Shown: positions 40,865-51,529, counted from the stretch's first letter. The stretch: DNA of 64,000 bases from Akkermansia muciniphila (GCA_945861765.1 CAMAWP010000003.1:7087-71086), one strand, 5' to 3'. Numbers and translations: made by a program. The notes: a model not told the origin generated them from the sequence alone.

Positions 40865-41941
40865 TCAGAGAATCATCATCGCATCTCCATAGCTAAAAAA
40901 TCTATACCGTTCACGAACGGCTGTCTCATAAGCCGACAGAATTATTTCGCGACCGTCTGTCGCGTTGGGTGAAGCAAACGCGCTTGCTAACATCAGCAAG
41001 GTCGATCGCGGCAAGTGAAAATTGGTGATCAAGGCATCGATGACACGAAACTGATGCGGCGGATAAATGAAAATCCGAGTTCGGCCTTCGGTGGCAGTCA
41101 ACTTTCCTTGATTTGTGGCTGCGACACTCTCGATCACTCGGACGGAGGTTGTTCCGACCGCAATAATCCGGCCTCCAGCAGCCTTTGTTTCATTGATTGC
41201 CTGGGCTGTAGCGCCATCCAGGCTAAATCTTTCCTCATGCATGTGGTGTTCTTGAATGGTTTCTGACTTCACGGGAGCAAATGTCCCAAGACCTACGTGC
41301 AGAGTGACATACCGAATAGCAACTCCTCCATTTTGAATCTCAGCTAGCAACTTTGGGGTGAAATGAAGGCCGGCTGTCGGAGCCGCCACCGACCCAGCCG
41401 TTCGAGCAAAAACCGTCTGATAGCGGCTAAGATCGTCTATGCCTCCGGTCAACGACGTGCGCGTGATATAGGGAGGCAGAGGAACGGACCCAAGATGCTC
41501 TAATTCCTGCAGGATGTTACCTACTCCCAAGAACTTTAGCCGACCATGCCCTTCCGAGTTCTTTTCCACGACGATCGCCTCGACTGGGCTCATTCGACCA
41601 AAACGATCGCGAAAGCTAATCGTGGTCCCAACAGGCGCGCGCTTGCCGGGTCGGAGCATCGCCCACCAATCATTGAGGTTGTTCTCTTCGAGAAGCAGCG
41701 CCTCGATCTGTCCGCCCGAAGGCGCTTTGATCCCGTGCAAGCGAGCTGGGATCACGCGCGAGTCATTTAAGACAAGCAGATCGCCTGGCCGCAAGTAACT
41801 AGGAACGTCTGCGAATCGACGGTGGTGAATCTGCTTTGTTGTCCGTTCAAGAGTCAACAGACGAGCCCGATCACGTTCCGGCTCTGGTGCTTGAGCAATC
41901 AGCTCGGTGGGGAGGAAAAAATCAAAATCTTTGGTCCTCAC
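40865..41941 (-). CDS. queA: S-adenosylmethionine:tRNA ribosyltransferase-isomerase
   Basis: PLPPYI, GSVAAPTAGLHF, AVGTTS, TNFHLPRST, YRFFSYGDAM. Confidence 0.98.
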   Translation of the reverse strand: MRTKDFDFFLPTELIAQAPEPERDRARLLTLERTTKQIHHRRFADVPSYLRPGDLLVLNDSRVIPARLHGIKAPSGGQIEALLLEENNLNDWWAMLRPGKRAPVGTTISFRDRFGRMSPVEAIVVEKNSEGHGRLKFLGVGNILQELEHLGSVPLPPYITRTSLTGGIDDLSRYQTVFARTAGSVAAPTAGLHFTPKLLAEIQNGGVAIRYVTLHVGLGTFAPVKSETIQEHHMHEERFSLDGATAQAINETKAAGGRIIAVGTTSVRVIESVAATNQGKLTATEGRTRIFIYPPHQFRVIDALITNFHLPRSTLLMLASAFASPNATDGREIILSAYETAVRERYRFFSYGDAMMIL

Positions 41942-42051
41942 GGGTTCAAATAATCAATTCCGTCGAAGACTTCCAATGCAAATGGCGGTCCAGGGCGGTT
42001 TCAACAAAGACTTAGCTGTCGATAACTTGTGAACAAGTTTCCGGTTGTCAA

Positions 42052-42106
42052 GTGTGATATTGTGTTGACCGGTGGGGTGAAATGTCTAATAGTGGGGCGT
42101 TGTGGG
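42052..42106 (+). promoter_or_regulatory. MraZ binding array (10-bp-period GTGGG boxes) in dcw promoter
   Basis: GTGTG 42052, GTGTT 42062, GTGGG 42072, GTGGG 42092, GTGGG 42102 at exact 10-bp phasing upstream of mraZ. Confidence 0.8.
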
Positions 42107-42142
42107 GCAGGAAGAAAGCTGATTTCTTCTTGCTGAACAAAA

Positions 42143-42616
42143 ATGTCAGAAAACGCAACCAACGCAGCCGACGAGATAATTTATTATAGTTCACTTTATC
42201 GACATGGCCTGGACGAAAAACGACGCCTCCAAATCCCATCAAAATGGCGACCCAAACAAGGCGAGGTAGAATTAACATTGATCATTTGGCCTAAAGGAAC
42301 TCAGCAGGAAGCGTGCCTGCTTGTGTTGCCTCCGGAAGAATGGATTACGCTAGTGAAAAAATTAAAAGCCATGCCCTTTTCCGATCCAAAGGCTGAAGCG
42401 CTTCGCAGGCTGTTGGGCAAGAAATCGGATCGGGTTACTACGGATAAGGCGGGTCGCATTTGTTTGCCGGAAAATATGGCTAAGGCAGCCTCCATTGACA
42501 AGGAAGCTGTTCTGGTTGGGTTGGTGGACCGTTTTGAAATCTGGAACCCCGATCGTTACGATTCGGCAAGTCTGATTGATGAAGAGTTAGCTCCCGAAGC
42601 TTTTAAACTGATTTGA
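42143..42616 (+). CDS. mraZ: Division/cell wall cluster regulator MraZ
   Basis: LDEKRRLQIP and DKAGRICLP repeats, FEIW. Confidence 0.95.
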   Translation: MSENATNAADEIIYYSSLYRHGLDEKRRLQIPSKWRPKQGEVELTLIIWPKGTQQEACLLVLPPEEWITLVKKLKAMPFSDPKAEALRRLLGKKSDRVTTDKAGRICLPENMAKAASIDKEAVLVGLVDRFEIWNPDRYDSASLIDEELAPEAFKLI

Positions 42617-42621
42617 AAGTT

Positions 42622-43224
42622 ATGAGCCTGATGCATCTACTCGCCATGGGGAAAAGCCTTATTGGGCTCAAAGGAGAGATCGCCCGTTACACCTCGGTCC
42701 AGCAGAACTTACTCCCCAAATTCGTGCCTGTTCACCAGCGATTTAGTCAACCACTACCTCCAAACACAGAGCTGTCCCGAAGCAAACCATCGATTCCTGA
42801 TAGCCCGTTGCCGCAACAATCGACCCCGTCGCTACCGATGAAGTTGATGAACCCACTCTCAGTTCACGAAGAAGCCTCGGCGAGAAAGTTGGTCTCGCCT
42901 CAAAAGACCCCCAGCAACCATCTTTCTCGGGATCAGGTTGTGCCGAAGCGCTGGTCGATATTCAGAAATCCATTTTCTTCCAAATCTTCGGTGAAATCCC
43001 CGCGTGAGCTCGTTCAAGCCGAACTGGCTCTCGGAGCGGTCAAAGTAGTTCGAAATGATTTAAGTGAGCCTGACGTTGAGGTGATCGCCTTGCAGGTCAA
43101 ACCGGAGGCGAAATCCGAGGCAAATCCTGATCAGAACCCGCCGACAACTGAAACGGCGGTGCCAGGGGTTCGGTGGAGTCGGCTTGCTGCTCGGTTATGT
43201 GACTCAGGCCCTTCACGAGCATAA
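42622..43224 (+). CDS. Hypothetical protein between mraZ and rsmH
   Basis: Long open frame fitting the operon; Pro/Ser-rich middle with VQAELALGAVKVVRNDLSE block. Confidence 0.6.
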   Translation: MSLMHLLAMGKSLIGLKGEIARYTSVQQNLLPKFVPVHQRFSQPLPPNTELSRSKPSIPDSPLPQQSTPSLPMKLMNPLSVHEEASARKLVSPQKTPSNHLSRDQVVPKRWSIFRNPFSSKSSVKSPRELVQAELALGAVKVVRNDLSEPDVEVIALQVKPEAKSEANPDQNPPTTETAVPGVRWSRLAARLCDSGPSRA

Positions 43225-43242
43225 TCTTAATGTATCAATTTC

Positions 43243-44172
43243 GTGTCTCAATTTGCGCACATTCCCGTGATGGTCGCGGAAGCGCTCGCCGCGCTGGCTC
43301 CGCGATCGGGCGGTTGCTATGCCGATGGAACGATTGGCGGCGGTGGTCATGCCCACGCAATTCTGAAGGCGAGTTCTCCGGAAGGGTGGCTCTATGGATG
43401 TGATCGGGACAAAGCTGCAGTTGAAGCTGCGATCGAGCATTTGGCCGAATTTAAAGGGCGATTTGAGATTCGGCAGGAAAACTTTTCGGAGCTTGCTGAC
43501 TGGATCGGACCGAACCGTTGCGATGGGGTTTTATTGGATCTCGGCGTCAGCTCGGCGCAGCTGGATCAAGCGGATCGCGGGTTCAGTTTTCAGCAGGACG
43601 GTCCGTTGGATATGCGGATGGACCGGCGTCAACCCCTGACGGCAGCGCGATTGGTAAATGAGACCGACGCTGATCAGTTGGGTCGGCTGTTTTGGCAGCT
43701 CGGTGGAGAGCGAGAGGCGCGGCGGATTGCGCGAGCGATTGAGCGAGAGCGAAAGCTTCGGGCTTTTGAGACAACTGGGCAACTAGCAGGTTTGATCGAG
43801 CGATTGATCCCTCGAAAGGGACACAGGCTCCACCCGGCGACGCGAGTTTTTCAAGCTCTGCGCCTCCGAGTGAATGAAGAGATGGACCTGCTGCCACAAG
43901 CGTTGGTGGACATTTGGACAATTTTAAAACCGGGTAAGCGATTGGCTGTGATTACGTTTCATTCATTGGAAGACAGAACGGTCAAGGAGTTTGGCCGAGC
44001 ACTCGCGCGAGACTATCGCTTCGAAGGCGACGTTGATGTGCCTGAGCTTCGCCAGCCTAAAGCCCCCGAATTGAAGTGGGTGAATCGAAAAGCGATTCAG
44101 CCGAGTGCCGATGAGATAAGAGAAAATCCACGGGCGCGGAGCGCGCATCTGCGGGTGATGGAGAAAATCTAA
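43243..44172 (+). CDS. rsmH: 16S rRNA m4C1402 methyltransferase
   Basis: HIPVM, DGTIGGGGH, DLGVSSAQLD, ITFHSLEDR, NPRARSA. Confidence 0.98.
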   Translation: MSQFAHIPVMVAEALAALAPRSGGCYADGTIGGGGHAHAILKASSPEGWLYGCDRDKAAVEAAIEHLAEFKGRFEIRQENFSELADWIGPNRCDGVLLDLGVSSAQLDQADRGFSFQQDGPLDMRMDRRQPLTAARLVNETDADQLGRLFWQLGGEREARRIARAIERERKLRAFETTGQLAGLIERLIPRKGHRLHPATRVFQALRLRVNEEMDLLPQALVDIWTILKPGKRLAVITFHSLEDRTVKEFGRALARDYRFEGDVDVPELRQPKAPELKWVNRKAIQPSADEIRENPRARSAHLRVMEKI

Positions 44173-44555
44173 TGGCAACACATCGAAAAAATGAGCCAGC
44201 CGCTGTCCGCTTTGGACCTGCTCTAATAGCCTTGGTGGCGTGCGTCTTTATTGGAGGTTCCGGCATCGGCTACGTGGGCCAAAAGAATCAACTTCATATT
44301 CTCGGCGCGCAGTTTAAAGAGCGTGAACTTCGGCTCGACAAACTCAGGCGGGAAAACGAAGGCCTTGTTCGCGTGTTGGACTCCCTGCAATCCCCGATCG
44401 AACTCGAGACCCGTGTCAAACTTATGAACCTCGGGTTGGGTGCCCCTCAGCCCGATCAAATTGTTAGATTGGTAGAACGGCCTCCGGAGGCAATCCGACA
44501 AGGCACTGAACGGCTTTATGTAGAACAGAAAATCCAAGCAAATGGTCATCCGTAA
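44172..44555 (+). CDS. ftsL: FtsL-like cell division protein
   Basis: Position between rsmH and ftsI; TM helix + coiled coil. Confidence 0.7.
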   Translation: MATHRKNEPAAVRFGPALIALVACVFIGGSGIGYVGQKNQLHILGAQFKERELRLDKLRRENEGLVRVLDSLQSPIELETRVKLMNLGLGAPQPDQIVRLVERPPEAIRQGTERLYVEQKIQANGHP

Positions 44556-44641
44556 GGGTTGGCGATTTGTTTATTTCAAAACCGCCAGTTGAAGTTCGGA
44601 AAAAGTTGGATGAGTTCAGCTGATCGCAAAAGAGAACAAAT

Positions 44642-46540
44642 ATGGTCAAAGCGGTCCAAAATGGAAGATTGGTGGTGATGGCTGTTTTGCTGGCGCTGGC
44701 GTTCGCGGCGTTAGGCTACCGCTTGGTTGATCTTCAGTTCCTGCGCTGTGACGACTTACGGAAGAAGGCGGAGGATAATACACATCGGACCTTCGTCCGC
44801 GAACCTCGTCGCGGCGATATTCGCGACCGGCGTGGCAACCTGTTAGCCGGTAGTGTTTTTGTGAAGACAGTTTCCGCAGCTCCGGGGCTCATTGGTGGGT
44901 ATCAAGCCATAGTGGCGCGGACCTTGGCTCCGCTGCTCGAGATGAGCGAGACTCAACTGGCGGAAAGACTCCAGATCCGAACCTATGTCACCGCCGAAGG
45001 TGAGACCAAAATTGATCCGCATGTCGTCTTGAAACATAAGGTATCTTTGGAAGCTTGGGAAAAGATTCAGGCTGCGATGTACGCGCTAAAATTCGGTGTT
45101 AACGAGACTGCCTTGCATCCCAAGAAACGTGCGTTTTATCGCGAGCTCCGGAGTTCGGCGATTTTTGCGGAAGCTTATAACGATCAACTGCGAGTTTATC
45201 CGAATAGAGCCTTGGCCGCTCATGTTTTGGGGCATGTTCAGATGAGAGACCGTGACACGGTCCGGGGGACAGTCAGCGAAATGGCGGGCGCTGACGGGGT
45301 TGAACGGGCCTTGGATTCATCTCTACGCGGTGTTCCTGGTTGGCGTACAACGGAGGTGGCGAAGGCGCGTGAGTTGGTTCCGTTTCGAGAACAGGACGTT
45401 GAACCCAGTTCTGGCCGACACGTTATTCTAACTATTGATGCCGCTTTGCAGCACATCGTTGAATCGGAGCTCGCCGAAGTCATGCAGAAGTTTTCGCCGG
45501 TCAGTGCTTCGGCAATTGTGGTGAAACCGCGGACAGGAGAAATTCTGGCTTTAGCCAACGTCCCCTCATTCGATCCAAACAAGCCTGGCGATTTTCCTGA
45601 AGCGTATCGGCGCAATCGGGCTATCACTGACATCTCGGAGCCGGGTTCAACATTTAAAATAATTGCGGTTTCTGGAGCGCTAAACGATGGGATTGTCGGA
45701 CTGGATACTGAGTTCGATTGCGAAGAGGGTCACTTCCTATATGCCGGACGGCGGCTTCGGGATGACCATCCGTCTGGTTCACTTTCTGTGGAAGATATCG
45801 TTGCCAAGTCATCCAATATTGGAACGGCCAAGATCGCGCTTCAGATGGGTCGGGAGCGGCTCTATGATTACATCCGAGGTTACGGCTTTGGCAGCGTGAC
45901 AGGGATCCCGCTGGTTGGTGAAGTTCGAGGTATCATCCATTCGCCTAAGGCTTGGGATAAGCTTTCCATCACGCGTTTTCCAATAGGGCAAGGGGTCGCA
46001 GTCACTCCGTTGCAAATGGTGATGGCGATGAGCGCTATCGCAAATGGAGGACGGCTAATGCAACCGATGTTGATCGACCGCGTGGTGGACGATGAAGGTC
46101 GTATCGTGGTCCAGTATCAACCACAGCAGCTCCGGCAAGTCATCAGCGAAGCGGCGGCCAAGCAGATGACCGTGGCGTTGAAGTCAGTGGTCTCTGAAAA
46201 GGGTACCGCGAAGCGGGCGCGCCTTGTTCATTATACAGTTGCGGGCAAAACGGGTACGGCTCAAAAAGCAGGAAACGGAAGCTATTTGCGCGGTAAATAT
46301 TTTTCCTCGTTTATTGGCTATTTCCCTTCCGAAATGCCGGAGTTGTGTATTTCTGTGGTCTTGGATGAACCGAAGCTGCCGAACTATTATGGTTCCCAAA
46401 CTGCCGCTCCCGCCTTCCGTAACATCGCTGAACGCGCCGCCAAATATCTTGCGATCAAGCCGGACATCAGTCCGAACGAACCGCTCGTGCTGACCAGCAA
46501 CTTAACTCGCCCGTTCGTCACGAGCAAAGCCAAACCCTAA
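44642..46540 (+). CDS. ftsI: Class B penicillin-binding protein FtsI
   Basis: RGDIRDR, EPGSTFK, KSSN, GKTGTAQK. Confidence 0.93.
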   Translation: MVKAVQNGRLVVMAVLLALAFAALGYRLVDLQFLRCDDLRKKAEDNTHRTFVREPRRGDIRDRRGNLLAGSVFVKTVSAAPGLIGGYQAIVARTLAPLLEMSETQLAERLQIRTYVTAEGETKIDPHVVLKHKVSLEAWEKIQAAMYALKFGVNETALHPKKRAFYRELRSSAIFAEAYNDQLRVYPNRALAAHVLGHVQMRDRDTVRGTVSEMAGADGVERALDSSLRGVPGWRTTEVAKARELVPFREQDVEPSSGRHVILTIDAALQHIVESELAEVMQKFSPVSASAIVVKPRTGEILALANVPSFDPNKPGDFPEAYRRNRAITDISEPGSTFKIIAVSGALNDGIVGLDTEFDCEEGHFLYAGRRLRDDHPSGSLSVEDIVAKSSNIGTAKIALQMGRERLYDYIRGYGFGSVTGIPLVGEVRGIIHSPKAWDKLSITRFPIGQGVAVTPLQMVMAMSAIANGGRLMQPMLIDRVVDDEGRIVVQYQPQQLRQVISEAAAKQMTVALKSVVSEKGTAKRARLVHYTVAGKTGTAQKAGNGSYLRGKYFSSFIGYFPSEMPELCISVVLDEPKLPNYYGSQTAAPAFRNIAERAAKYLAIKPDISPNEPLVLTSNLTRPFVTSKAKP

Positions 46541-46555
46541 GCCCAGATAGATCCC

Positions 46556-48085
46556 ATGCACCTAAAGCAATTACTTCATCCCCTTCCAACAGCCAGCGTG
46601 GATGGAACGGTCGAACGGGAAATTCTAGGAATCGCCTACGACTCGCGCCGCGTCGGCCCCGGCATGGTCTTCGTGGCCATCCCTGGACAGAATGTCGATG
46701 GTCACGATTACATCGACAGCGCTATCGAGAAGGGCGCTGTGGCAGTTATCTGTGAGCGCGATCACTTCGTTTCGCAGAGGGTGACAAAGATCACTGTTCC
46801 TGACGCGCGGGAAGCATTGGCGATTATTGCCGCTGAGTTTTATCACCATCCCAGCGCCAAGCTCAAGGTGATTGGAGTCACCGGTACGAACGGGAAGACG
46901 ACCGTGGCGTTTATGGTGAAGCACCTCTTGGAAACCGCCGGCATTAAGACTGGTTTGATCGGCACCATTCGCTACGAAATCGGCGAACGAATTATCGCGG
47001 CTCAGCGTACCACTCCTGAAGCTCTGGAAGTTCAGCAGATGCTCGCCCAAATGCTGCGCGCCGGGTGCGAGGCTGTGGTCATGGAAGTCAGCTCCCACGC
47101 GCTCGACCAACAGCGGGTCCATGGAGTGGACTTTGACGTTGCGATCTTCACGAACTTGACTCACGACCACCTCGATTATCATGGCACGATGGAAACCTAT
47201 TTTAAGGCCAAGAAAAAATTGTTCACCTCCTTGCAGGGCGGCACGAAGCAAGGCGGCGTGGTGATCAATATCGATGACGCGTTTGGCCATAGGCTCTCCA
47301 CCGAAACGAAAGTGGAAGTCCAGTTGACATACGGGTTGGGCGAGGCTGCCAAACTGCGTGCCAGTCATATCCAACTGGGCAAAGACGTAACGAACATGGT
47401 GATCGAAACGCCGGAGCGCCATTTCGCTTGCCGGCTTCCGCTGATTGGTCGGCACAACGTCTATAATGCTCTGGCTGCCGTCGGTGCCGGACTTGTTCTG
47501 AAGGTCGGCGTTTCAGCTTTGAAGACCGCGTTGAACACGATGGAGCCAGTGCCCGGTCGGCTGGAAAGTCTTTCGGCCGGCAAGCCATTCGGAATCTACG
47601 TCGATTACGCGCATACTGAAGATGCCCTCCGGAATGTTCTTACGACATTGCGGGAAATAACTCCCGGACGCTTGCTGATCACCTTCGGCTGCGGCGGAAC
47701 CCGCGACACTGGCAAGCGATCCAAGATGGGGCGCGTCGCTGCTGAGTTGGCGGATTTCACGATTATCACCACCGATAATCCACGCAAAGAATCTCCGGCT
47801 GTCATCGCTTTCCAAATCGAAGAAGGCTACCGGATGGTTCGGCAGACTGGATATCGAGTGGTACTCGACCGACGCCAGGCTATCGATGAGATCATCCGAA
47901 TGGCGCAGGACGGCGATAGCGTCATCATCGCTGGAAAAGGGCACGAGACTTATCAGGAGTTTGAGAACACGGTCGTTCCCTTTGATGACCGTGTCTATGC
48001 AGAAGAAACTTTGGAAACCCTCGGCTCGTGGACCACCGCGAGTTCTGAGCCACATCGACAAGCACTGGAGTACAGTTTTGCATGA
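46556..48085 (+). CDS. murE: MurE ligase (meso-DAP type)
   Basis: GTNGKTT, MEVSSH, DYAHT, DNPR, AGKGHE. Confidence 0.98.
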   Translation: MHLKQLLHPLPTASVDGTVEREILGIAYDSRRVGPGMVFVAIPGQNVDGHDYIDSAIEKGAVAVICERDHFVSQRVTKITVPDAREALAIIAAEFYHHPSAKLKVIGVTGTNGKTTVAFMVKHLLETAGIKTGLIGTIRYEIGERIIAAQRTTPEALEVQQMLAQMLRAGCEAVVMEVSSHALDQQRVHGVDFDVAIFTNLTHDHLDYHGTMETYFKAKKKLFTSLQGGTKQGGVVINIDDAFGHRLSTETKVEVQLTYGLGEAAKLRASHIQLGKDVTNMVIETPERHFACRLPLIGRHNVYNALAAVGAGLVLKVGVSALKTALNTMEPVPGRLESLSAGKPFGIYVDYAHTEDALRNVLTTLREITPGRLLITFGCGGTRDTGKRSKMGRVAAELADFTIITTDNPRKESPAVIAFQIEEGYRMVRQTGYRVVLDRRQAIDEIIRMAQDGDSVIIAGKGHETYQEFENTVVPFDDRVYAEETLETLGSWTTASSEPHRQALEYSFA

Positions 48086-48828
48086 GTAACTCCCCACGTC
48101 CTGATTTGTTCGGCGTTGTCGCCGGGTTCTTTCTCGCCGCCGGGCTGGTGTGTTCGGCCATGGTAGTCACGAGTGCCTGGCTGAAAGTCGCCGAGTCTCA
48201 AAACATTAGCGTGACAGGCTCGGCCAGGAAAGCTGTCGAGTCCGACCTAATTATCTGGCGTGGCTCCTTTGCTACCGAAGACAAGACGCTGTTAGCTGCG
48301 CAACGGGCTTTAAAAGTTGACTTGGAGAAACTAGAAAACTTCCTTCGCACGAACCAGGTAACGAACTATTTGATCAGCCCAATTTCCATTCAGGAATTGC
48401 GGTCCAGAGAGAAAGGCCAATCCGAGATGGCGCAGGATAAAATCGTTGGCTACCGGTTAACACAGTCTGTGGAAGTGCGCTCGGCGGATGTGCAAGGAAT
48501 CACCCGGCTCAGTCGGGAGACGACCGCTCTCGTCGAGCAGGGCGTCTTGTTTGCTGGCAGCGAGCCAAGCTACATCTACACGAAAGCTGGTGAAGCCAAG
48601 GTGGAAATGTTGGCTGAAGCAACCAAAGATGCTCGATCCCGAGCCGAGCAAATAGCCTCGCAAGGTGGCCGCAAAATCCATCAGCTTCAGTCGGCAAGGA
48701 TGGGAGTTTTCCAGATCACGCCGATCCACACAATTCAAACGCAAACGAGCTGGGAGGGTATGAACGATGTTTCCTCGTTCGAGAAAATCGTAACTGCAGT
48801 CGTCAGCGCCACTTTCTCCATGAACTGA
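48082..48828 (+). CDS. SIMPL (DUF541) domain protein
   Basis: ISVTGSA, KVEMLAEATKDARSRAEQIA, SARMGVFQIT. Confidence 0.85.
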   Translation: MSNSPRPDLFGVVAGFFLAAGLVCSAMVVTSAWLKVAESQNISVTGSARKAVESDLIIWRGSFATEDKTLLAAQRALKVDLEKLENFLRTNQVTNYLISPISIQELRSREKGQSEMAQDKIVGYRLTQSVEVRSADVQGITRLSRETTALVEQGVLFAGSEPSYIYTKAGEAKVEMLAEATKDARSRAEQIASQGGRKIHQLQSARMGVFQITPIHTIQTQTSWEGMNDVSSFEKIVTAVVSATFSMN

Positions 48829-48842
48829 AAATTGAAGCCCGA

Positions 48843-50228
48843 ATGGAATCTCGCTCCTTAAGATATTTCGCCGAATCATGTGCGGGTGAACAAATTTATG
48901 GTTCACCGGACATCATGATCCGCCGCATTAGCACGGACTCACGGCGAACGCAGGCGGGCGATTTATTCGTGGCTTTGGAAGGCGAGCGATTCGATGGCCA
49001 TAGTTTTTTGGAGCAAGTTGCAAGCAATGGAGTTTCCGCTGTTGTTGTCAACCGTTCCAAGCTAGCCGGTGGCTTTGATCGTTGCGCCGTTCTCGTCGTC
49101 GAGAGCACCCGCCGGGCCTTGACTCAAATGGCAAAGCGCTATCGCCAGGACTTTAGTCTCCCTATTGTTACCGTGGGCGGCTCCAACGGCAAGACGACGA
49201 CCAAAGATTTGCTCGCCTCGGTCCTGAGTGAGAAGCTTCCGACACTTTGGAGCGAAGCCAGTTTCAATAACGACATTGGTGTGCCCTTGACGTTGTTGAA
49301 TTTGGAACAAACTCACCGAGTCGCTGTGCTGGAAGTGGGCACTAACCATCCGGGTGAACTGGCTCCTTTGGTCGAGATGATCCGCCCGGATTATGGCGTT
49401 CTGACCAGTATTGGCCGCGAACACCTCGAGTTTTTTGGCGATATCGAGGGCGTCGCCGAAGAGGAGGGCTGGCTGGCAGAGCTATTGCCTGCCCACGGTA
49501 AGTTGTTCGTGAATGGCGACAGCCCTGAAGTGGAGAAGATTGTTCAACGGACTCGCGCCAGCGTTGTTCGAGTAGGGATCTCGAAGGGGAATGATTGGCG
49601 GGCAAGCCAAGTTAGAGCAGATGAAGCCGGCCTCAATTTCAGGGTCGATGTTTCGGACGGCAACTACGCAGGTGAATACCGTCTGAATTTGCTGGGACGG
49701 CATCAAGTCGTCAATGCGCTCCTGGCGATAGCCGTCGGGAAGGAGTTCGGTTTGAGCTCTGTTCAAATCCAGAGCGGTCTGGACAAATGCCGTGCCTCGA
49801 AAATGCGGCTGCAACTTTGGAAAGTGAAAGATGTGCAGGTGCTCGATGATACTTATAATGCAAATGCTGATTCGATGAGAGCTGCTCTCGAAACGTTACA
49901 CGACTTCCCTTGTCGAGGACGTCGGATCGCCGTCTTGGGCGACATGGCTGAACTCGGCGCGCACGGGCTCGCCGCGCACGCCGAGATAGGTCGGCACGCC
50001 GCTGAACTCGGCGTCGGACATTTATTTGCCGTTGGAAAAATGGCGTTGGTTGTAGCTCGCGCGGCTCGCGAAGCGGGACTAAGCGCCGTGAGAGAATTTA
50101 TTGCGGTCGAGGCCGCGGCGTCGGCTCTTCGGGATTTCGTGCAGGCAGGCGACGTGGTGTTGTTGAAGGCTTCACGCGCTGCTCGGCTGGAGCGAATTGG
50201 CGATGTCTTACGGAATGTGGCAACCTAA
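48843..50228 (+). CDS. murF: MurF ligase
   Basis: GSNGKTTTK, NNDIGVPLTL, DDTYNAN, GDMAELG, KASR. Confidence 0.97.
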   Translation: MESRSLRYFAESCAGEQIYGSPDIMIRRISTDSRRTQAGDLFVALEGERFDGHSFLEQVASNGVSAVVVNRSKLAGGFDRCAVLVVESTRRALTQMAKRYRQDFSLPIVTVGGSNGKTTTKDLLASVLSEKLPTLWSEASFNNDIGVPLTLLNLEQTHRVAVLEVGTNHPGELAPLVEMIRPDYGVLTSIGREHLEFFGDIEGVAEEEGWLAELLPAHGKLFVNGDSPEVEKIVQRTRASVVRVGISKGNDWRASQVRADEAGLNFRVDVSDGNYAGEYRLNLLGRHQVVNALLAIAVGKEFGLSSVQIQSGLDKCRASKMRLQLWKVKDVQVLDDTYNANADSMRAALETLHDFPCRGRRIAVLGDMAELGAHGLAAHAEIGRHAAELGVGHLFAVGKMALVVARAAREAGLSAVREFIAVEAAASALRDFVQAGDVVLLKASRAARLERIGDVLRNVAT

Positions 50229-50280
50229 GAAATAACAACGGACTCAGGCGGTGGCACTTCCGCCATTGAGCCCAGACAAA

Positions 50281-51429
50281 ATGCTTTTTTATTTGAGCCA
50301 ATACGTACATGACCGGGTGGCAGAGACGGAGTGGGCAGACTATTTCTCCTATCTCCGGGTCTTCCGCTATATCACCTTCCGCAGCGCCGGCGCGGCGATC
50401 ACAGCATTGGTGCTCAGTTGGGTTATGGGTCCTAGAGTCATCGCTTGGCTGAAAGAATTGAAGTTCGGTCAGAATTACGCGGACAAGGCGGAAGAAACCG
50501 GCGGCATGGCGGCTCGAGTGCTGGATAAAAAAGGCACACCCACGATGGGCGGTGTGCTCATCGTCACGGCCATGGATTTGTCCGCGCTTCTATGGGCTCA
50601 GTGGAACGAGCTGGTGGTATTGACCTTGCTTTCCTTGGTCGTGCTCGCGGGACTTGGGTTTTACGACGATTACGCGAAGGTCACTCAGCAGAATAATCGG
50701 GGTGCCAAGTCTTATGTGAAGCTCTGCGTGCAAACGTTGCTCGCTTTGGTCATCGGCGGCTGGCTTTTTCTCCTGCCCGCCCGGAGCCAATTGATCACCG
50801 AGATCATGGTTCCGTTCTTCAAGTATCCGGTGTTAACGGGAGTCGCTGGCTTGGGGTTGGCTCTGACGGTCGTGACAATTGTCGGCAGCTCGAATGCAGT
50901 TAATCTGACCGATGGGTTGGATGGTCTTGCCATCGGCTGCACGCTCATCGTGACGACCGTCTTTTTAATTCTGACCTACATTGCCGGGAACACGGTCATC
51001 GCCACTTATTTGCAGGTGCCCTATGTGGCTGGGGCCGGTGAATTGACCGTCTTTTGCGCCGCCATGCTCGGAGCCGGTCTCGGTTTTCTGTGGTTTAATT
51101 GTCACCCCGCTCAAGTTTTTATGGGCGACACCGGATCGCTCGCGTTGGGAGGCGCATTGGGGATCATGGCTGTCTTAATCCATCAGCCGTTCGTCTTGTT
51201 GATTGCCGGGGGCGTGTTTGTGGCTGAAGCGGTCTCCGTTCTTTGCCAAACTGGATGGTATAAATATACGAGGCTCCGGTACGGAACTGGGCGCCGGATT
51301 TTCCTGATGGCTCCGCTGCACCATCATTTTGAAAAAAAAGGTTGGTACGAATCGCAGGTGGTCACACGCTTTTACATTCTTTGTGTGCTCTGCGCCGTGG
51401 TGGCGCTCAGCACGTTGAAGCTCCGATGA
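50281..51429 (+). CDS. mraY: Phospho-N-acetylmuramoyl-pentapeptide transferase
   Basis: KKGTPTMGG, DDYAK, NAVNLTDGLDGL, FMGDTGS, MAPLHHHFE. Confidence 0.98.
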   Translation: MLFYLSQYVHDRVAETEWADYFSYLRVFRYITFRSAGAAITALVLSWVMGPRVIAWLKELKFGQNYADKAEETGGMAARVLDKKGTPTMGGVLIVTAMDLSALLWAQWNELVVLTLLSLVVLAGLGFYDDYAKVTQQNNRGAKSYVKLCVQTLLALVIGGWLFLLPARSQLITEIMVPFFKYPVLTGVAGLGLALTVVTIVGSSNAVNLTDGLDGLAIGCTLIVTTVFLILTYIAGNTVIATYLQVPYVAGAGELTVFCAAMLGAGLGFLWFNCHPAQVFMGDTGSLALGGALGIMAVLIHQPFVLLIAGGVFVAEAVSVLCQTGWYKYTRLRYGTGRRIFLMAPLHHHFEKKGWYESQVVTRFYILCVLCAVVALSTLKLR

Positions 51430-51529
51430 GAATTTACACCGAGATGCTGGGTGCTCAATGCACGGTCCTCGATAGTTATGGGAGATTGGATTCCATAGCC
51501 AGGGCTGGGCACCCAACATCGTTTTGAGC

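Noticed and set aside
42052-42106. 10-bp periodic repeats as CRISPR or novel repeat
   Set aside because: Explained by known MraZ operator boxes
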